Assembly (NCBI RefSeq): GCF_035594765.1
Contig: NC_085843.1
Span: forward strand, 263,105,971 to 263,169,970
Direction of reading: 5' to 3'
From: Anolis carolinensis
Taxonomy: Eukaryota
DNA: 64,000 nucleotides
Each line of letters starts with the position of its first letter. The stretch's first letter is position 1. This document shows, one piece after another, positions 26,001 to 38,906 of this stretch. Under the pieces are notes generated by a model. That model did not search any database. It had not been told where the DNA came from and saw only the letters and a list, made by a program, of their open reading frames with translations. A program made the translations under genes and the position numbers.

Positions 26001-28499
26001 AACACATTATTTTTAATTGATAAGAAATGTGTTGGGGATTCATCAGGAATGCAGCATCTTGAGAGGAAAAGTTAATTTTCTTCGTGTTCTGTTGCAGTCC
26101 TAATTAAATGCCATTCCATATTGCTGGTAAATCCAGGAAAAAACCCATCCCCAAAAATCTGGCAATGGGATTGTATTTGCCATAAATCCTTTTTAGAGCT
26201 TTCCAGCATTATGTTCAGGATGACTTTAGCCCTCAATGTCAGTTAATGCTGCCTGTGCTTTCAAGTGTGCTATGCACATATAGCCACAATGCACAACATT
26301 TGGCTTTTGCTACACTATCTCTAGTAACTCTAAATCCTGCATGCTACAGTCGAGTGGACATGACAAGACGGCAATAAAAGCAGTGAATATGGCATAGTTT
26401 CCATGGCTACCATTAGGATGTCTTCACTAGTGGAAGCATCAAGTCTGCAAGAAGGAGAAGAGCTCAGTGGTAGAATGAATGATTTCCATTTAAAATACCC
26501 CGTTGCTTAAGAAGAAGGTGGTGGAAATTTTCTGGCTGAGAGCCCTTGCCAATCAAATAAGGGACTGCTGGGTTAAGTGGACAAACACTCTTCCTTAGAG
26601 GAGTTTCTTATCTCCTAGAATAGAGATGGGGAAAGTACGGATAGCAATTGTATGTAACTTTCCAAGGCTATTATTGTGCCCTCCAGTGGTTTCCACTTCT
26701 GGGGATTTTGGGAAGTAGTTAGACTCTTTCAGACCAAGGGGAAGACATTTTTCTAAAGGAAAAGATGACAACAGTTTTACATCCTCATTTGAAAAGGGTT
26801 TCTACATGGTAAAACTGGTTGGTCGAAAAGTTAAAAATGGAGTCGGGGCAATGCAGTGGGATGTTAACATTCAAGGTCTGCTGAGTAGCACATGAAGCTC
26901 CCAAATCTCAGCTAGCTGCCCATCTTCTCTCCCAATGAAGATTAGCTGCAAGGAGGTGTGAGGGCTTCTCCATATAGACATCCTGCATAGTTTTTTCTGA
27001 AAAATATAAACACTTTTCCAGCAATCAGATAATCAATTTGATGCCTTTCCTCTGCTTTGTAGCTTAGGAAAGTTTGCTGTATAGCCAACACACAATCTTG
27101 TGTGTTGTCACATTTGTCTTTCTGTCTGGCATTATCCTCAACCTTAAGAAGCTGCTGACCAAATATTCTCTGATTGCCTATCAGAGGACTTATTTGTAAT
27201 GTGTGCATTTGCATGCTCTCGCACAAATATTTTGCTGGTTCGTACTCTTGGAATGCAACGAAGTGTGTGTCTTGCCAGTTGTTTGCATCTTCAGCAGCAA
27301 ACATGCAACAGATACTTCAGACCATCAAAGTGCCATGGCCAGACGGCTTGCAAAAAGGAAACTATATGTAAACTAAACATTTCTTTAGATTGCTGCAGTA
27401 ATGAATTGTTCTCACTATGAAAGGAAAGAGGGAACTAGGGCATAAATCCTCCTATCTGTTCCAGCTAGAAGAAAACCACTGAATCAATGGGATTTGGCTA
27501 CATGTTGACTTACCATTCCAACAGTTGACCCATTGAATCAATCAATAAGATTCATGCAGTGCAGTATCTTGTATGGACACAAAATGGAGAGGGTCCATGG
27601 CTCATTAGGAGAACCATACTTTTGCATGCAGGAAATCCCAGGTTCATTTCTCGGCATCTCCTATTTGGGATGAATGTCTGACTAGTAGAGTGGTTACTAT
27701 ATTGATCCTGAGATTGGATCCAGGTTCTAGTCCCTACATCACCCATGAAACTCACTGGATGACTATGGTCCATCCATTTTCTCTCAGCTTGACCTACCTC
27801 ATTAGGTTGCAGTGAGGTTAATGCGTGAAGGAAGAGAGGCATGTAGACAGCCTCAGGTTTACTGGAAGAAATACAAGTACTGTAGCTCATAAGTATGGGG
27901 GGAAACCCCTCTTTGTATGAAACTCTGGAAAACTTCTGTCAGCAGTTGTTACCAACACTGTATTGTATGGGCCGAGGTCTGCCTCAAAATATAACAGCTT
28001 TTAATGTTATTACATAGTAGCAGTGATCATTCATGAAACACTTTGCCCATGGATGGAGATCCGCTCTTTCCTCTGAAGATCACTGATGGAAAGAAACATC
28101 TCTGTCTTCAATGGAGAGCATACATAATATATTGTCTAAATGCATTCTGGCAAAACATCAGTGCTATTAAAAGAAAGCAGCTCCCTCCCAAAATGGATGG
28201 TGCCTATTGTCTTGGATTTGCTTGGAATTACAGATTGGAAAGGTTTGTTAGCATTCCTAAAAGCAGTTTGATGCAATTTATTTTCTCGTATGGCGTATAA
28301 ATTTCAACTCCAAATTGAAGATGAATTTACCAAATGCTCAGCTAGCATGATTTATGTCTTGTCACTCTGTCGCTATTCCACTTTATCCTCTATGAAGTAG
28401 GATATGCTAAAAAATGTTGACCCTGCCAGGGTCCCTTGAAAACACTTTCTCATGTTGAAAATGTATAGATCTGTAGTCAGTGAACCTTTAAATAGCTAA

Positions 28500-28793
28500 C
28501 ACTGGCCAACACACATTTTAGTGCCTCAAATGTTAGACCTGTTTCTGAATATGTTTGACCTGCTGATTTTAAAAAATGGCACCCATTTTTCCCTATCAGC
28601 TCTAGTTTTTGAGATACAGAACATATGCCATATACCAGTCTTCATCTACTCACCCATAAAAAATCATCATAACCATATTTAAGAAAATAGAGCTGATGCG
28701 GTCCATCCAATGCAATTTTCTGATTCAGCACCCCAGATTACATCAGGAACAAGCCTAAAAACTAGACACCATTTTTGTTGTTGTTGGGTTGTG
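28500..28793. mobile_element. Non-autonomous DNA transposon (CAC...GTG termini, possibly Chapaev-like)
   Basis: cactggccaaca / tgttgggttgtg imperfect inverted ends; internal sequence shared (reverse complement) with 36625-36775. Confidence 0.45.
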
Positions 28794-29279
28794 TAATTTA
28801 TACAGGCAGATAGTGTCTTTGATGCATTCAATTGAAGTAAGTTGGTGATGATTCATGTGTGTATTGTGTATCTTGAAATTTTGCTACACAATTGAAGGAA
28901 CTCAGGTCCAGTCTGCAGTCACATTGTAACTTCCTTGGGTCATGGTAAGAGGAAAACATTTAATTTTTATAGCAACAGAGGAAACTCTGTGTCCTTTCCT
29001 TTTATTCTTAAAAGACAAACTTTCTTTAAATATTACTGTTTCAGGCTTTTGTTCCAAAATATTTTCCTGAGTTTAGTTTGTAGCTCAGAGCAGGTGACAG
29101 AGACAACTGGTTTAAGCAGGTTTAGTAATTACAACAAAAGTAACAAAACACACCTCTAATCACCGTAGTCCTTCTTTCCTTTCTAGATATGAATCTCTTG
29201 TGTGGTCTATGAGTTTGGGGCAACAATTAATATGAAGTTCCTCTACAATAATGTTATTTTTTTCCCATTCCTCCATCAG

Positions 29280-29331
29280 ACACGCTGAAAGTCAGCAGAA
29301 GCACATGGCTGAGAAAATGCTAACGAAATAA
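29280..29331 (+). CDS. SCHIP1: SCHIP1 last coding exon (HAESQQKHMAEKMLTK*)
   Basis: ccatcag acceptor; TAA at 29329-29331; the six exons total 705 nt in frame. Confidence 0.95.
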
Positions 29332-30065
29332 AAAGAGAAGCCATCAGACTAACGAACGAGCTCGAACTTTTTTTGCTTCTGTGGTTGTACAAACGCCGAT
29401 GCTCCTCGTGTGGCGCACAAGGAAACCAGTGTTCGTCCTTGACCCCGGGCGCCGTCTGCCAAGCACAAGGAACCCTGCACGAAGCCCCCCTTTGAACCGA
29501 ATGGTGGACGCACCGCACCAGTGCTTGGTGAATTGCTCCCAATGTCTGAAGCTTTATTATGTCCAGTGATTGGCCTATGCTTTTTAATTTATTTGCTGTT
29601 GGGTTTTTATTTGTTTTGTTTTTTACTTGTGCCACTAAATATTGGACAGTTTAATAATCTTATTGTAGAACAAAATGTACAGTACTTATAAACATTGCAA
29701 ACATGAAAGAAGAAGAGAGAGGATAGTTTAACTTTTATTTTTGTTTATTTAGAGACTTTTAAGTTAAAACAGTATTTTACCATTGACTACTTTTTATTGT
29801 CCCACCATAGTTTTTAAAAAATGAGACTGTAATTTGACGGTGCTATACAAGTAAGAAGAAGAAGAACATAAATGCCTGCCTTGTAGTGAAGTCGTAGCTT
29901 TCAGTAATATGTATATTTTAATCAGTTTTCAACATTTTGTGAATGTTGACTACCTGACATTCATTTTTAGATGTGCTATTAACATGCAGTTGGGTTGAAA
30001 GAGCTACCTTGAAAGTTTTATGTATAAATATGTAAAATAAAAATTAAAAATTTCTTTCATATCAT
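29332..30065 (+). other. SCHIP1: SCHIP1 3' UTR (end approximate)
   Basis: Follows the stop codon; no recognisable TE; mostly AU-rich; ends after the poly(A) signals. Confidence 0.7.
30036..30048 (+). terminator. Polyadenylation signals AATAAA (30036-30041) and ATTAAA (30043-30048)
   Basis: Upstream TGTA elements and a downstream U/GU-rich tract (tttttgttg, ~30071). Confidence 0.7.
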
Positions 30066-30992
30066 ATCTCTTTTTGTTGACTAGTGGTACAATGCCAGAA
30101 GGCACCTTGAATATCCTTATTGTGTGTATGTGAAATTCTAATTTTTCTGATCACCAAAAAGTCTTTCTTCATACCTAAGTATATATATAGATCACCATTT
30201 TATTATTTTGATGTTCACTATTAATAGAAAATATAAATAAGTCAGCACTAGAATATCTCAGAATATATAAATAGGTTTAAAATTCATTTGAAAAATTACC
30301 ATATGGGCTGAGTCATTAAAGTGGCACCACGTTTCAACTGTGTATTCAGAATGAAACCAATGTGGCAAAGATATTTAGCACATTTCCTACAATGTTTATC
30401 TGAATCTCAATCACATGGGATCGCAATATCTCAATGTATTATATTTTGCTAGCATTCCCACAACATTAGTCTTAGTTATTTTCTCATTGAGCAGACTAAA
30501 AGAAAACCGAAATTCACACAATGTCTCTCTGGTTAATAATTTCTCCCAACATAGAAACAAACTGATTACCTTCAGAAGCTAATTCCTTTCTCAGGGTTAT
30601 TAGACGTCATGATTTCATCTTTAGTCTTAAAAAGGGATTCTTTGTCTCTATCTCAGTATTTAGATAGAAAAACCAAATTAGAAAGGGTCCGAAAAATAAT
30701 ACCAAAAAACACCTGGAACATTCATCATAGTCGCTGTGATATTGAAGAATAAAAAATATATTTCAGTGACAATTCTAATGTGTGTTCTCTCTTTAATGTT
30801 TAGCATTTTTACATGAAATTCCAGTGTTGAAAGTATACATATTTCTTGTTGAATGTATACCTTTTTTTGCAGGCCAGAAAGCCAAGAGATTTATTCATTT
30901 GATTTGTAATTAAGATAGGAAAGCCAAATTTATTGAAATAAATGTTGATGCCATAATAGTTAAACTGCTGAGCAAGAAATTATCATCTAGGC

Positions 30993-31113
30993 CAGGCATG
31001 GGCAAACTTGAGCTCTCCGGGTGTTTTGGACGTCAATTCCCACAATTCCTAACAGCCTACTGGCAATTGAAGTCCAAAAAAACACCTTGAGGGCCCAAGA
31101 TTGCCCATGCCTG
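30993..31113. mobile_element. hAT MITE (CAGGCATGGGCAA TIR)
   Basis: Inverted termini; TSD atctaggc/atctggac. Confidence 0.8.
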
Positions 31114-34100
31114 ATCTGGACACACTAGGATTTAGGTCATCAAATGGAAACTGATGGCAGTCACTTTAGGACAACAGAAAATAGGTGTCATCATTCAATT
31201 CTTATTTCATGAACTGTCAAAGGACACTGTGGTTGTCATCAAGCATAGATGCTTGGGTTGTGTAATTTTTCAGATTTTTTTTAAAGATTACTAATTGTTA
31301 ATCTTATCAGGTAAGATAAAAGGGTCCACACTCAGAGCTTACCTCTTCTGACAATATAGGTATGAATGTAATTAACATGGAGGGTTGTCAGAAATATAAA
31401 TAGCAGCTGGGTGGAGCAGATCTGACCTGCAGTGGGACCACTGGAATGGGAACAATGTTTAATAACCATGTTTCACCCAAACATGATTATCAAATAATCA
31501 CAACCCTTCTAGCATTGAAGGAGGTCTCAAATGGAGCTCCCTTGGTGCAAATAGGAAAAATATCAGGGAGATAAAGTTCAATTCTGCTATGTGATCATAA
31601 TAAAACATAAGCTTTTCCTCAATAGCCATTTACAAACCAATGTGCACACCAATTAAATTCATGCAGTTTAAAATGGTATTAGATAATTATCAGATGATTT
31701 GAATCAAAGATGGGAACTTGGCACCCTTTAGGCCTGCCAAGGTTTCCATTGAAACCTCCATTGCCAAATAACCTGACAAAGTATAATTCCCATTTCTGAG
31801 GTTCTTTGGAAAGTCCTGAGCCGTTAGGTGGAACAGACAAGGCTTTTTTTAACCTTCAAAATTGAAAAATGGGCAAATGCAGCCCAGGGGTTGGGGTTGT
31901 AAAATGAGGGAGGACAGCCTCCAAATACTAGCCAAAATGAAGACACCCTGGATCCCAAGAGGAGTTACATTATTACTGCTAATGAAGTTTAGATTTTTGC
32001 TGATTCCCACATGACCAAAAAGGAAATGGCCTCTGACCTCACTGAGAAGCCTCCAGACCAACTGAACTACAATAGAGACAATATCTAATACAAAATGTAG
32101 GCCTATAAATCCAACTTCATCACTTTTTTTCCTTTCTCCTGTATAATTTTATAAAAAACATATTTTGCCTGATGAAAAAGTCAGTGGAGCTCTGGAAGCT
32201 CGCTGGATGTGGTTTGTGCATTTTGATTGGGTAACAAATGTATCACTCTTTTCTAAATTTTGTATTTTGCTTTATTTCAATATGGAGTGGTTAGCTTCTT
32301 GACAAATTTTAATTATCAGGTGGTAATTAGAAACTACCCTTTGGTGTGATTAAGGCAGATCTAACATTCTCATCATAAAGGAAGATTTATAGTTGTTTTG
32401 TTCATGAATATCCTCCATGGCAGTTTGAATAAGTAGATAATTAAAACATGAATGAATTGAAAAAGTGATTTTCAGTCTGTGCCTTAAACACTAATCAAAG
32501 TCAGGAGAAAATGCTGCTAAGAACACAGCCATGCAGCCTGGTAACCACACAGCACCCCAGTGATTCCGGCTGCGAAAGCTTTCAACAATATAAAGTTCTG
32601 CGCATTTTAAAAGGTGATGCATAACTTGCAAAAGCTTAAGAACTGCCACTCCTCAAATATAGATGATAAGCATTATAATTTACAGGTTCATATCTTACTA
32701 CTGGAAGGCTTGAAGCAGCCTCCAAATACTAGTACCATCTTTCTTCACAGCTGCTTCATCCACAGCTTTTTTATCTCACTGTTCCACTAATCTAGTGCAT
32801 CTACAGGATTCTAAACAAGGACTGCTACCATCACTTCTAGTTTGAACCTGAGTTGCAGCTTTGTTCCTTCAATCCCTGAGAAACAGGATGCATGATGTCT
32901 CCCTCTTACATCTCAAAATGCACAGCACTAAGGTCTAACCTAGGACAGAAAATCCCAGAAGAGCCTCTGCAATCATCTCAGCAGTAAAAATACAAAGAGA
33001 CAGAGGAATATTGCGAGCTACAAATGAAGATTTGATGAAAAAAAGCAACTACATTTCCAGTGGTTGTTGCTCTGGGAGCAACTCTAGAAGGATTGACCAT
33101 TCATTAGCAGACTAAATTCAGAGTGCTATGGCTTGGATCTAGTCTATCTAAATGGCATATGCTGAAATTCCAAATCACCTTTTACCTAATGTAACTTTAT
33201 ATATACTTAGCTAGTAATCAAGGCAGTAAGAAACATTGTTACCAAATTGTGTCGACAACAGCAAGAGTGGCACTTGTGCATTGATACCCATTGGTATACA
33301 ATGGGACATGTGTTCATTGGTGACGAGTGTATGTTGGTTCCAATGCACATTGGTCCTATTGGCCCATTGCACATCAGCACTATTGTGCATCAGTTCCTTT
33401 GTACAATGATCACTTTACTAGCTCTAATAACATAATAGCAGTCCTCTACAGGTGCTGCAAAACTGCCCAATCCAAATTTGTGTTTATGCATGTCTCTTTA
33501 CAAAGACATTACTGCATAGGATTCTAGTCAATGAGTAGGGTCCTCCTATCATAGTGTACGCTACATGACTATGCATATACTTAGCTATATAACAGACTAA
33601 GAAATCCCATGGCTGGTCCAGAGTAAGACAGACAGAGACCACACTTACATTGAGGCTTTAACACAGGCAGCCCCCATATTCTGAAGCAAGCTGAATTCTA
33701 GGAAATGTAGTTTAGGGTGGGGCCTTTTGAATGCTCTGGCACAGGGGTCCTCACCTTCCCAAACTACATTTCTCAGAATTCCTCCCTGAAAGTTTTGGTG
33801 TTCATTCTCTAAAGGGATTTCGAGATAAAAGGGCATTGTTGGGAGTTGAATCAACCCTGTGTGGTAGGCAAGGTTGAGAGGCAGTAACTCTAAAGCTTAC
33901 CTAGTAGGTTTCCTATTATTACTCTTATTTCAAAGGCATCTGTTGGGGGTGTTTTGTCTGTGCTTTTCCTGCCTGCCAGAAGGGGATTAGACTGAATGGT
34001 CCCCAGATAAAATTCCCTAAAAATCAGTGGATGTGGAACTGAAACTTAGGGATAATGATGCCCTGGTTATGTTGTATCGTTGAAAATTGAAATTCAAATT

Positions 34101-34295
34101 CAAACCTAGCTCTTGTAGGTTTTTTTTTAAATGTTTTTCATAAAAACTTTTTAAAACTCCCAAAAATCAGTGGATGTGTGAAATGTTTTGAAACTTTGGG
34201 AGCGGGGGCAGTGGTAAATGTATTCTACCATTGTAGCAAGTTTCACCCTGATTACTCTAAAAAGGAGCACCGGAAGCTTCCCCACTTGCACAATT

Positions 34296-34622
34296 AAAGG
34301 TAAAGGTAAAGGTTTCCACTGACGTTAAGTCAAGTCGTGATCGACTCTGGGAGTTGGTGCTCATCTCCATTTCTAAGCTGAAGAGCTGGTGTTGTCCATA
34401 GACACCTCCAGGTCATGTGGCCGGCATGACTGCATGGAGTGCCGTTTCCTTCCTGCTGGTACCTATTGATCTATTCACATTGGCATGTTTTTGAACTGCT
34501 AGGTTGGCAGGAGCTGGGACTAACAGCAGGCGCTCATTCCGCTCCCGAGATTTGAACCTGGCACCTTTCAGTCTGCAAGTTCAGCAGCTCAGTGCTTTAA
34601 CACACTGTGCCACCAGGGGCCC
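34296..34622 (-). mobile_element. Sauria SINE
   Basis: aaaggtaaaggtaaaggtttcc tail; full-length body. Confidence 0.9.
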
Positions 34623-34810
34623 CATTACATAATGCACAATTACATAATGAAAAAGTAACAAAATTTTGTTATATCTTTATAGTTACGATATGGCCCACTT
34701 ACGATATTTTAGAAACACATTAGAAATGATTTGTTACCCCCTTAATTTAGTAATGTGTGTTGAAACGTTTTTTCACTGATTGCACAGGCCTAATACTGTA
34801 TATATGCATG

Positions 34811-35153
34811 CAGGTTGAGCATCTTTTATCTGGTCTTCTCAAATCTGAAATACTCTAAAACCCAAAATTGTCCACACAAGTTGCTGAGATAGCGACATTT
34901 TTACTTTCTATGGTTCAACATACATAAACTTTGCTTAGTGCACAAAATTTTTAAAAATATTTTATACAATTACCTTCAGACTAGGCGTATAAGGTGTGTT
35001 TAAAACATACATGAATTTCATGCTTAGACTTGGGTCCCATCTCCAGGATATCTCATTATGTATATTATGCAAATATGGGTATTCCAAAATTGAAAATAAA
35101 TCCAAAATGCAAAACATTTCTAGTCTCAAGCATTCCAGATAAGGGATAACCTG
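34811..35153. mobile_element. Tigger-like DNA transposon
   Basis: CAGGTTGAGCATC..TTATCTGG / CCAGATAAGGGATAACCTG|TA termini. Confidence 0.65.
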
Positions 35154-36465
35154 TAGTAGTGTCAATTGTTTCAGCTTTCTTTATTTGAAATACAGTGTCC
35201 TTTCTATGGAATCTTGGAATTTGTGGGTTCATGAGGAATTTTTAATTTTTGGCTAGAAAGCTCTTGTGTTTCAAATATTAGAGCCTGGATTCCAGAGAAT
35301 TGAGCTATGGCTGCTAAAGGGATTTCAAAGTGCTGTAATTGTGTGGTGTGAGAAAGATGGCAAAGTTATTTTAAGTCTATCGTTTTCATTGAAGTGCCCT
35401 CAGATTTATGTTAGAGAAAGTGAGAAGACAGCGGAGGCCTCAAGTGTCTGGGCCACAGCTGTTCTTAAACGGCTGCAGATACATCACCCTGCCTCAGGCG
35501 GAGAACTCCTGGCTTGCCTTAAACAACTCATTACTTCTCATTTGTGGTGATGTGCCCATCTCTCACCTCTCTTCCAATTATTTCAGTGGCAGTGAACCAA
35601 GACAAATAAAGTGGAGCAAGTGACTGGCGGGTTGGCGGTGCTTCACTCAGAGCCACAGAGCTGCTGCACAGCCAAGGCCATGGGGTTAAATCAGCTGCTG
35701 TAGTTTTAACATGGCTGCTTTAGAGTATGGGGTTGGAGGGTTTGCAGCATTCAGGTTCAGGGCTAAAATGGGAAAGACAGATTGTGTTTGGTCCCACTCA
35801 TAGGAACTGATACAAGTAAGGATCCCTGCTCAAGAGTCTTTGGTGCATCATGGTAGAAGAACCGTGGACCCTCCCTTGCTTGCACCTCTTTGTCCTATTT
35901 CCTAAAACAGAACTTTTCATTTTGTGTTGATAACAAATTTTTTAGACATGCATCATTTCACAACACAGTAATTCGGTTTTACTAGCAAAGTGAAGATTAA
36001 ACAAACTAATTATAAGAGGTACAGACACATAGATAAATTGTAATAACAAAAGACAGGAAGACATAGCATATGCCATGAAAACATTTCATTTATACGCTGG
36101 AGGGGCTTCTTCCTTGACCGTCCAGCCAGCCAGACATACCTACCTCCCCACCCCACCCCAGGCCCCCCTCGCTGCCCCCATTGGGGAAAGAGCAGGGCTT
36201 CTCCCTCCACTCCAGCCTCGCTATCCTCCTTGGGACCCTTTGGGGGAACCAAACCCAATCCTTTTGAGGGAGAAGCAGCGCCCACAACAGAGTTATGTAA
36301 GCCCCTTATGAAGCTTCCATAACTTTTCCAAAAAGTCCTAGGTCAGTGTTTTGAATATTTTTTGCGTGGGTACCCCTCGTATTTCTTAATATTGAGTCGT
36401 ATGTACGAATCTTACAAAATAGATATGACATACGCAGCACAAACAAAATTATATATCCTTTATAG

Positions 36466-37197
36466 CAGTGGTTCCCAACCTTTTTTTGACCAGAGCTCAC
36501 TTTACCAGGGACCACTTTGACCAGGGTCTACTTGAACAGGGACCATTTGAACAGGGGCCACTCTCCAATATTAGTACCAAATGTTATGAATCAGTGCTTG
36601 GTCTGTTTTAGATTCAGTTTGGTTATTTGGGGTGCTGATTCAGAAAATCGCATTGGATAGACCACATCAGCGCGGGTTTCTGATATAGAACATATGCCAT
36701 CCAGTAGTCACCATCTGCTCGCCCACAGAAAACCATATTTAATAATCTAGAGCTGATGTGGTCTATCCAATGAAATGGTCAATTCTGCAGTAAGTAGCAG
36801 AAATTAAAAAAAATTCGTGTCAGGAGCAACTGGAGTTGCTTCTGGAGTGAGAGAATTGTCCGTCTGCAAGGATATTGCCCAGGGAACGCCCAGATGTTTT
36901 GATGTTTTACCATCCTTGTGGGAGGCTTCTCTCATGTCCCCGCATGGAGCTGGAGGTGATAGAGGGAGCTCATCTGCGCTCTCCCCGGGTGGGATTCAAA
37001 CCTGGCAGCCTTCAAGCCAGCAACCCAACCTTCAAGTCACAAGGCTTTTATCCCCTAGGCCATCGGAGGCTCCACAGAAATAAAATTAGTAAATAAAATT
37101 AACAAAATAAATAAATTAAGAGGAAGGAAGTTCATGGACTGGATTTTGGTTCTCGTGGCCCATTGCTGGGCTGCGGCCCATAGGTTGAGGACCACTG
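36466..37197. mobile_element. Non-autonomous hAT element with subterminal ~17-bp tandem repeats and a nested SINE
   Basis: CAGTGGTTCCCAACC / GGTTGAGGACCACTG; TSD ctttatag/atttatag; ttgaccagggaccact-like repeats at ~36485-36562. Confidence 0.8.
36813..37075 (-). mobile_element. tRNA-derived SINE nested in the hAT element
   Basis: B-box-like ggtttgaatccc on the minus strand; homologous copy at 42015-42230. Confidence 0.65.
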
Positions 37198-38675
37198 ATT
37201 TATAGGAATTTGCTAGGTTCTCTATGATAACTTCAGGAGAGAGCCTATCACAGAATCAACATATTTTGTCAGAAGCAGACAGGTGAAAGTGTAGGCACTG
37301 CTACCACTGGTAAGAGCTAGTATTAAATTACACGATCATTTCAATGAAATAGAAAACTCTGTACATATACATTATATAATGTGATGCTATGATAATTTCC
37401 CATACTGGATTAATCCAATTGAAACTAATAGAAGGTGATCAAGCATATTGCTAAGCAAGGTCTCCAACTGCAATGAGAGAAAAAAAACATTTTCTCTCTA
37501 AAACCCTGAACACTTCAGATGAAGAGTGGAATAATATGTAAAAAAAATATTAACATTGTATTCTCTTTTCACTATATAGCTCTGCACCAGCAATGCTGTT
37601 TTGGAATAAAAATGATAAAAATCCCAAGCCATTATAGAATACAGTCCAGACCAAACCTGAGATTGCTTCACCAAGATGGACAGCCATTTGACACCACTTT
37701 TAATAGCTCCCCACATGAACATTTTTAAGCGGCAAAGAGAAAATGGCCTTAGCCACAAAGCAAAGCACACAAATTGCCTTCCATCAACATAAAGACAACC
37801 ACCACAGAGACTAGTTTTCGATGTAATGGGCCTTTGTCAATGACTTTAGCAGAACACTTTCATCACAGAATTTGGCCCAAGGGCCCCATATGCCTCAAGC
37901 AACACAAAATAAGTTTGGTGATGTGACATTTTACGCATTCTTTCTGGACCCAGGAAAAGTATTATTGTCTTTCTGCAAGATCATGAGAAGTGTCTTTAAA
38001 CCTGGTTGTGTTAAGGTGTTGTGGTTTAAAATGTAGATTAATGTCTCTTTATTACAATTATTTTCTCTTGATTTAAACTTTTTCAAAATCGTTTGCTAAC
38101 TGCAGCGTTCCTGGATTATCTGATGGGTGTGTGTACAACAGCAATGTTGTAAAATGGATTCAACAGCATTTTTAAAACATGACATTCTGGGTAAATGATA
38201 TAATGTTTTCCCATGGTCATTTTCCATTACTGCTTCCATCATATGAAATAGCTCTTGCATACTTTTGCCACCTGGTGGCCTACAATGATATATTCAGTTT
38301 TCTGTAGATAAATTCAGTTTCTGATTTTGTGACCCTTTGAACTTTACATTTAATATTCTTTTAAAATTTAGTATTATTTAAATATGTGTTTTCATCCATA
38401 ATTAGTCATGCTATTGTTATTTTTAATCATGTTATGATTTTCTTTAATTTAAAGGAAGGGAAGAATACAGGCTGTTAATATATGCTTGCTGTTTAATAAC
38501 CTGAACAATGATGTCATTCTTCAGTAGGGGTTTGGGGGGGGGGGGGGTTGGTTATGTAATCTGTTAATAAATATATTATTTTAGAGTAATAGTGATAATA
38601 TATATATATAAACATATACTTTGTATGTGTCACATTTACTCCCCATGTTCCTTCTAATGGATCATGGCTCTATAC

Positions 38676-38810
38676 CAAGCATGGGCAAACTTGGTCCCTC
38701 CATGTATTTTGGACTTCATCTCCCACAATTCCTAACAGCCTATCACGGCTGTAGGGATTGTGGGAGTTGAAGTCCAAAACACCTGGAGGGCCAAAGTTTG
38801 CCCATTCCTG
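38676..38810. mobile_element. hAT MITE
   Basis: Perfect TSD ctctatac (38668-38675 / 38811-38818). Confidence 0.9.
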
Positions 38811-38906
38811 CTCTATACTCACCAGTTTATCTGTGGTCTTTGTTTTGTAAGTGCATAAAAAAGCTGAAGCAGGTTCAGAGAAAGGTGAAAAGGAGTATGG
38901 AGAACA

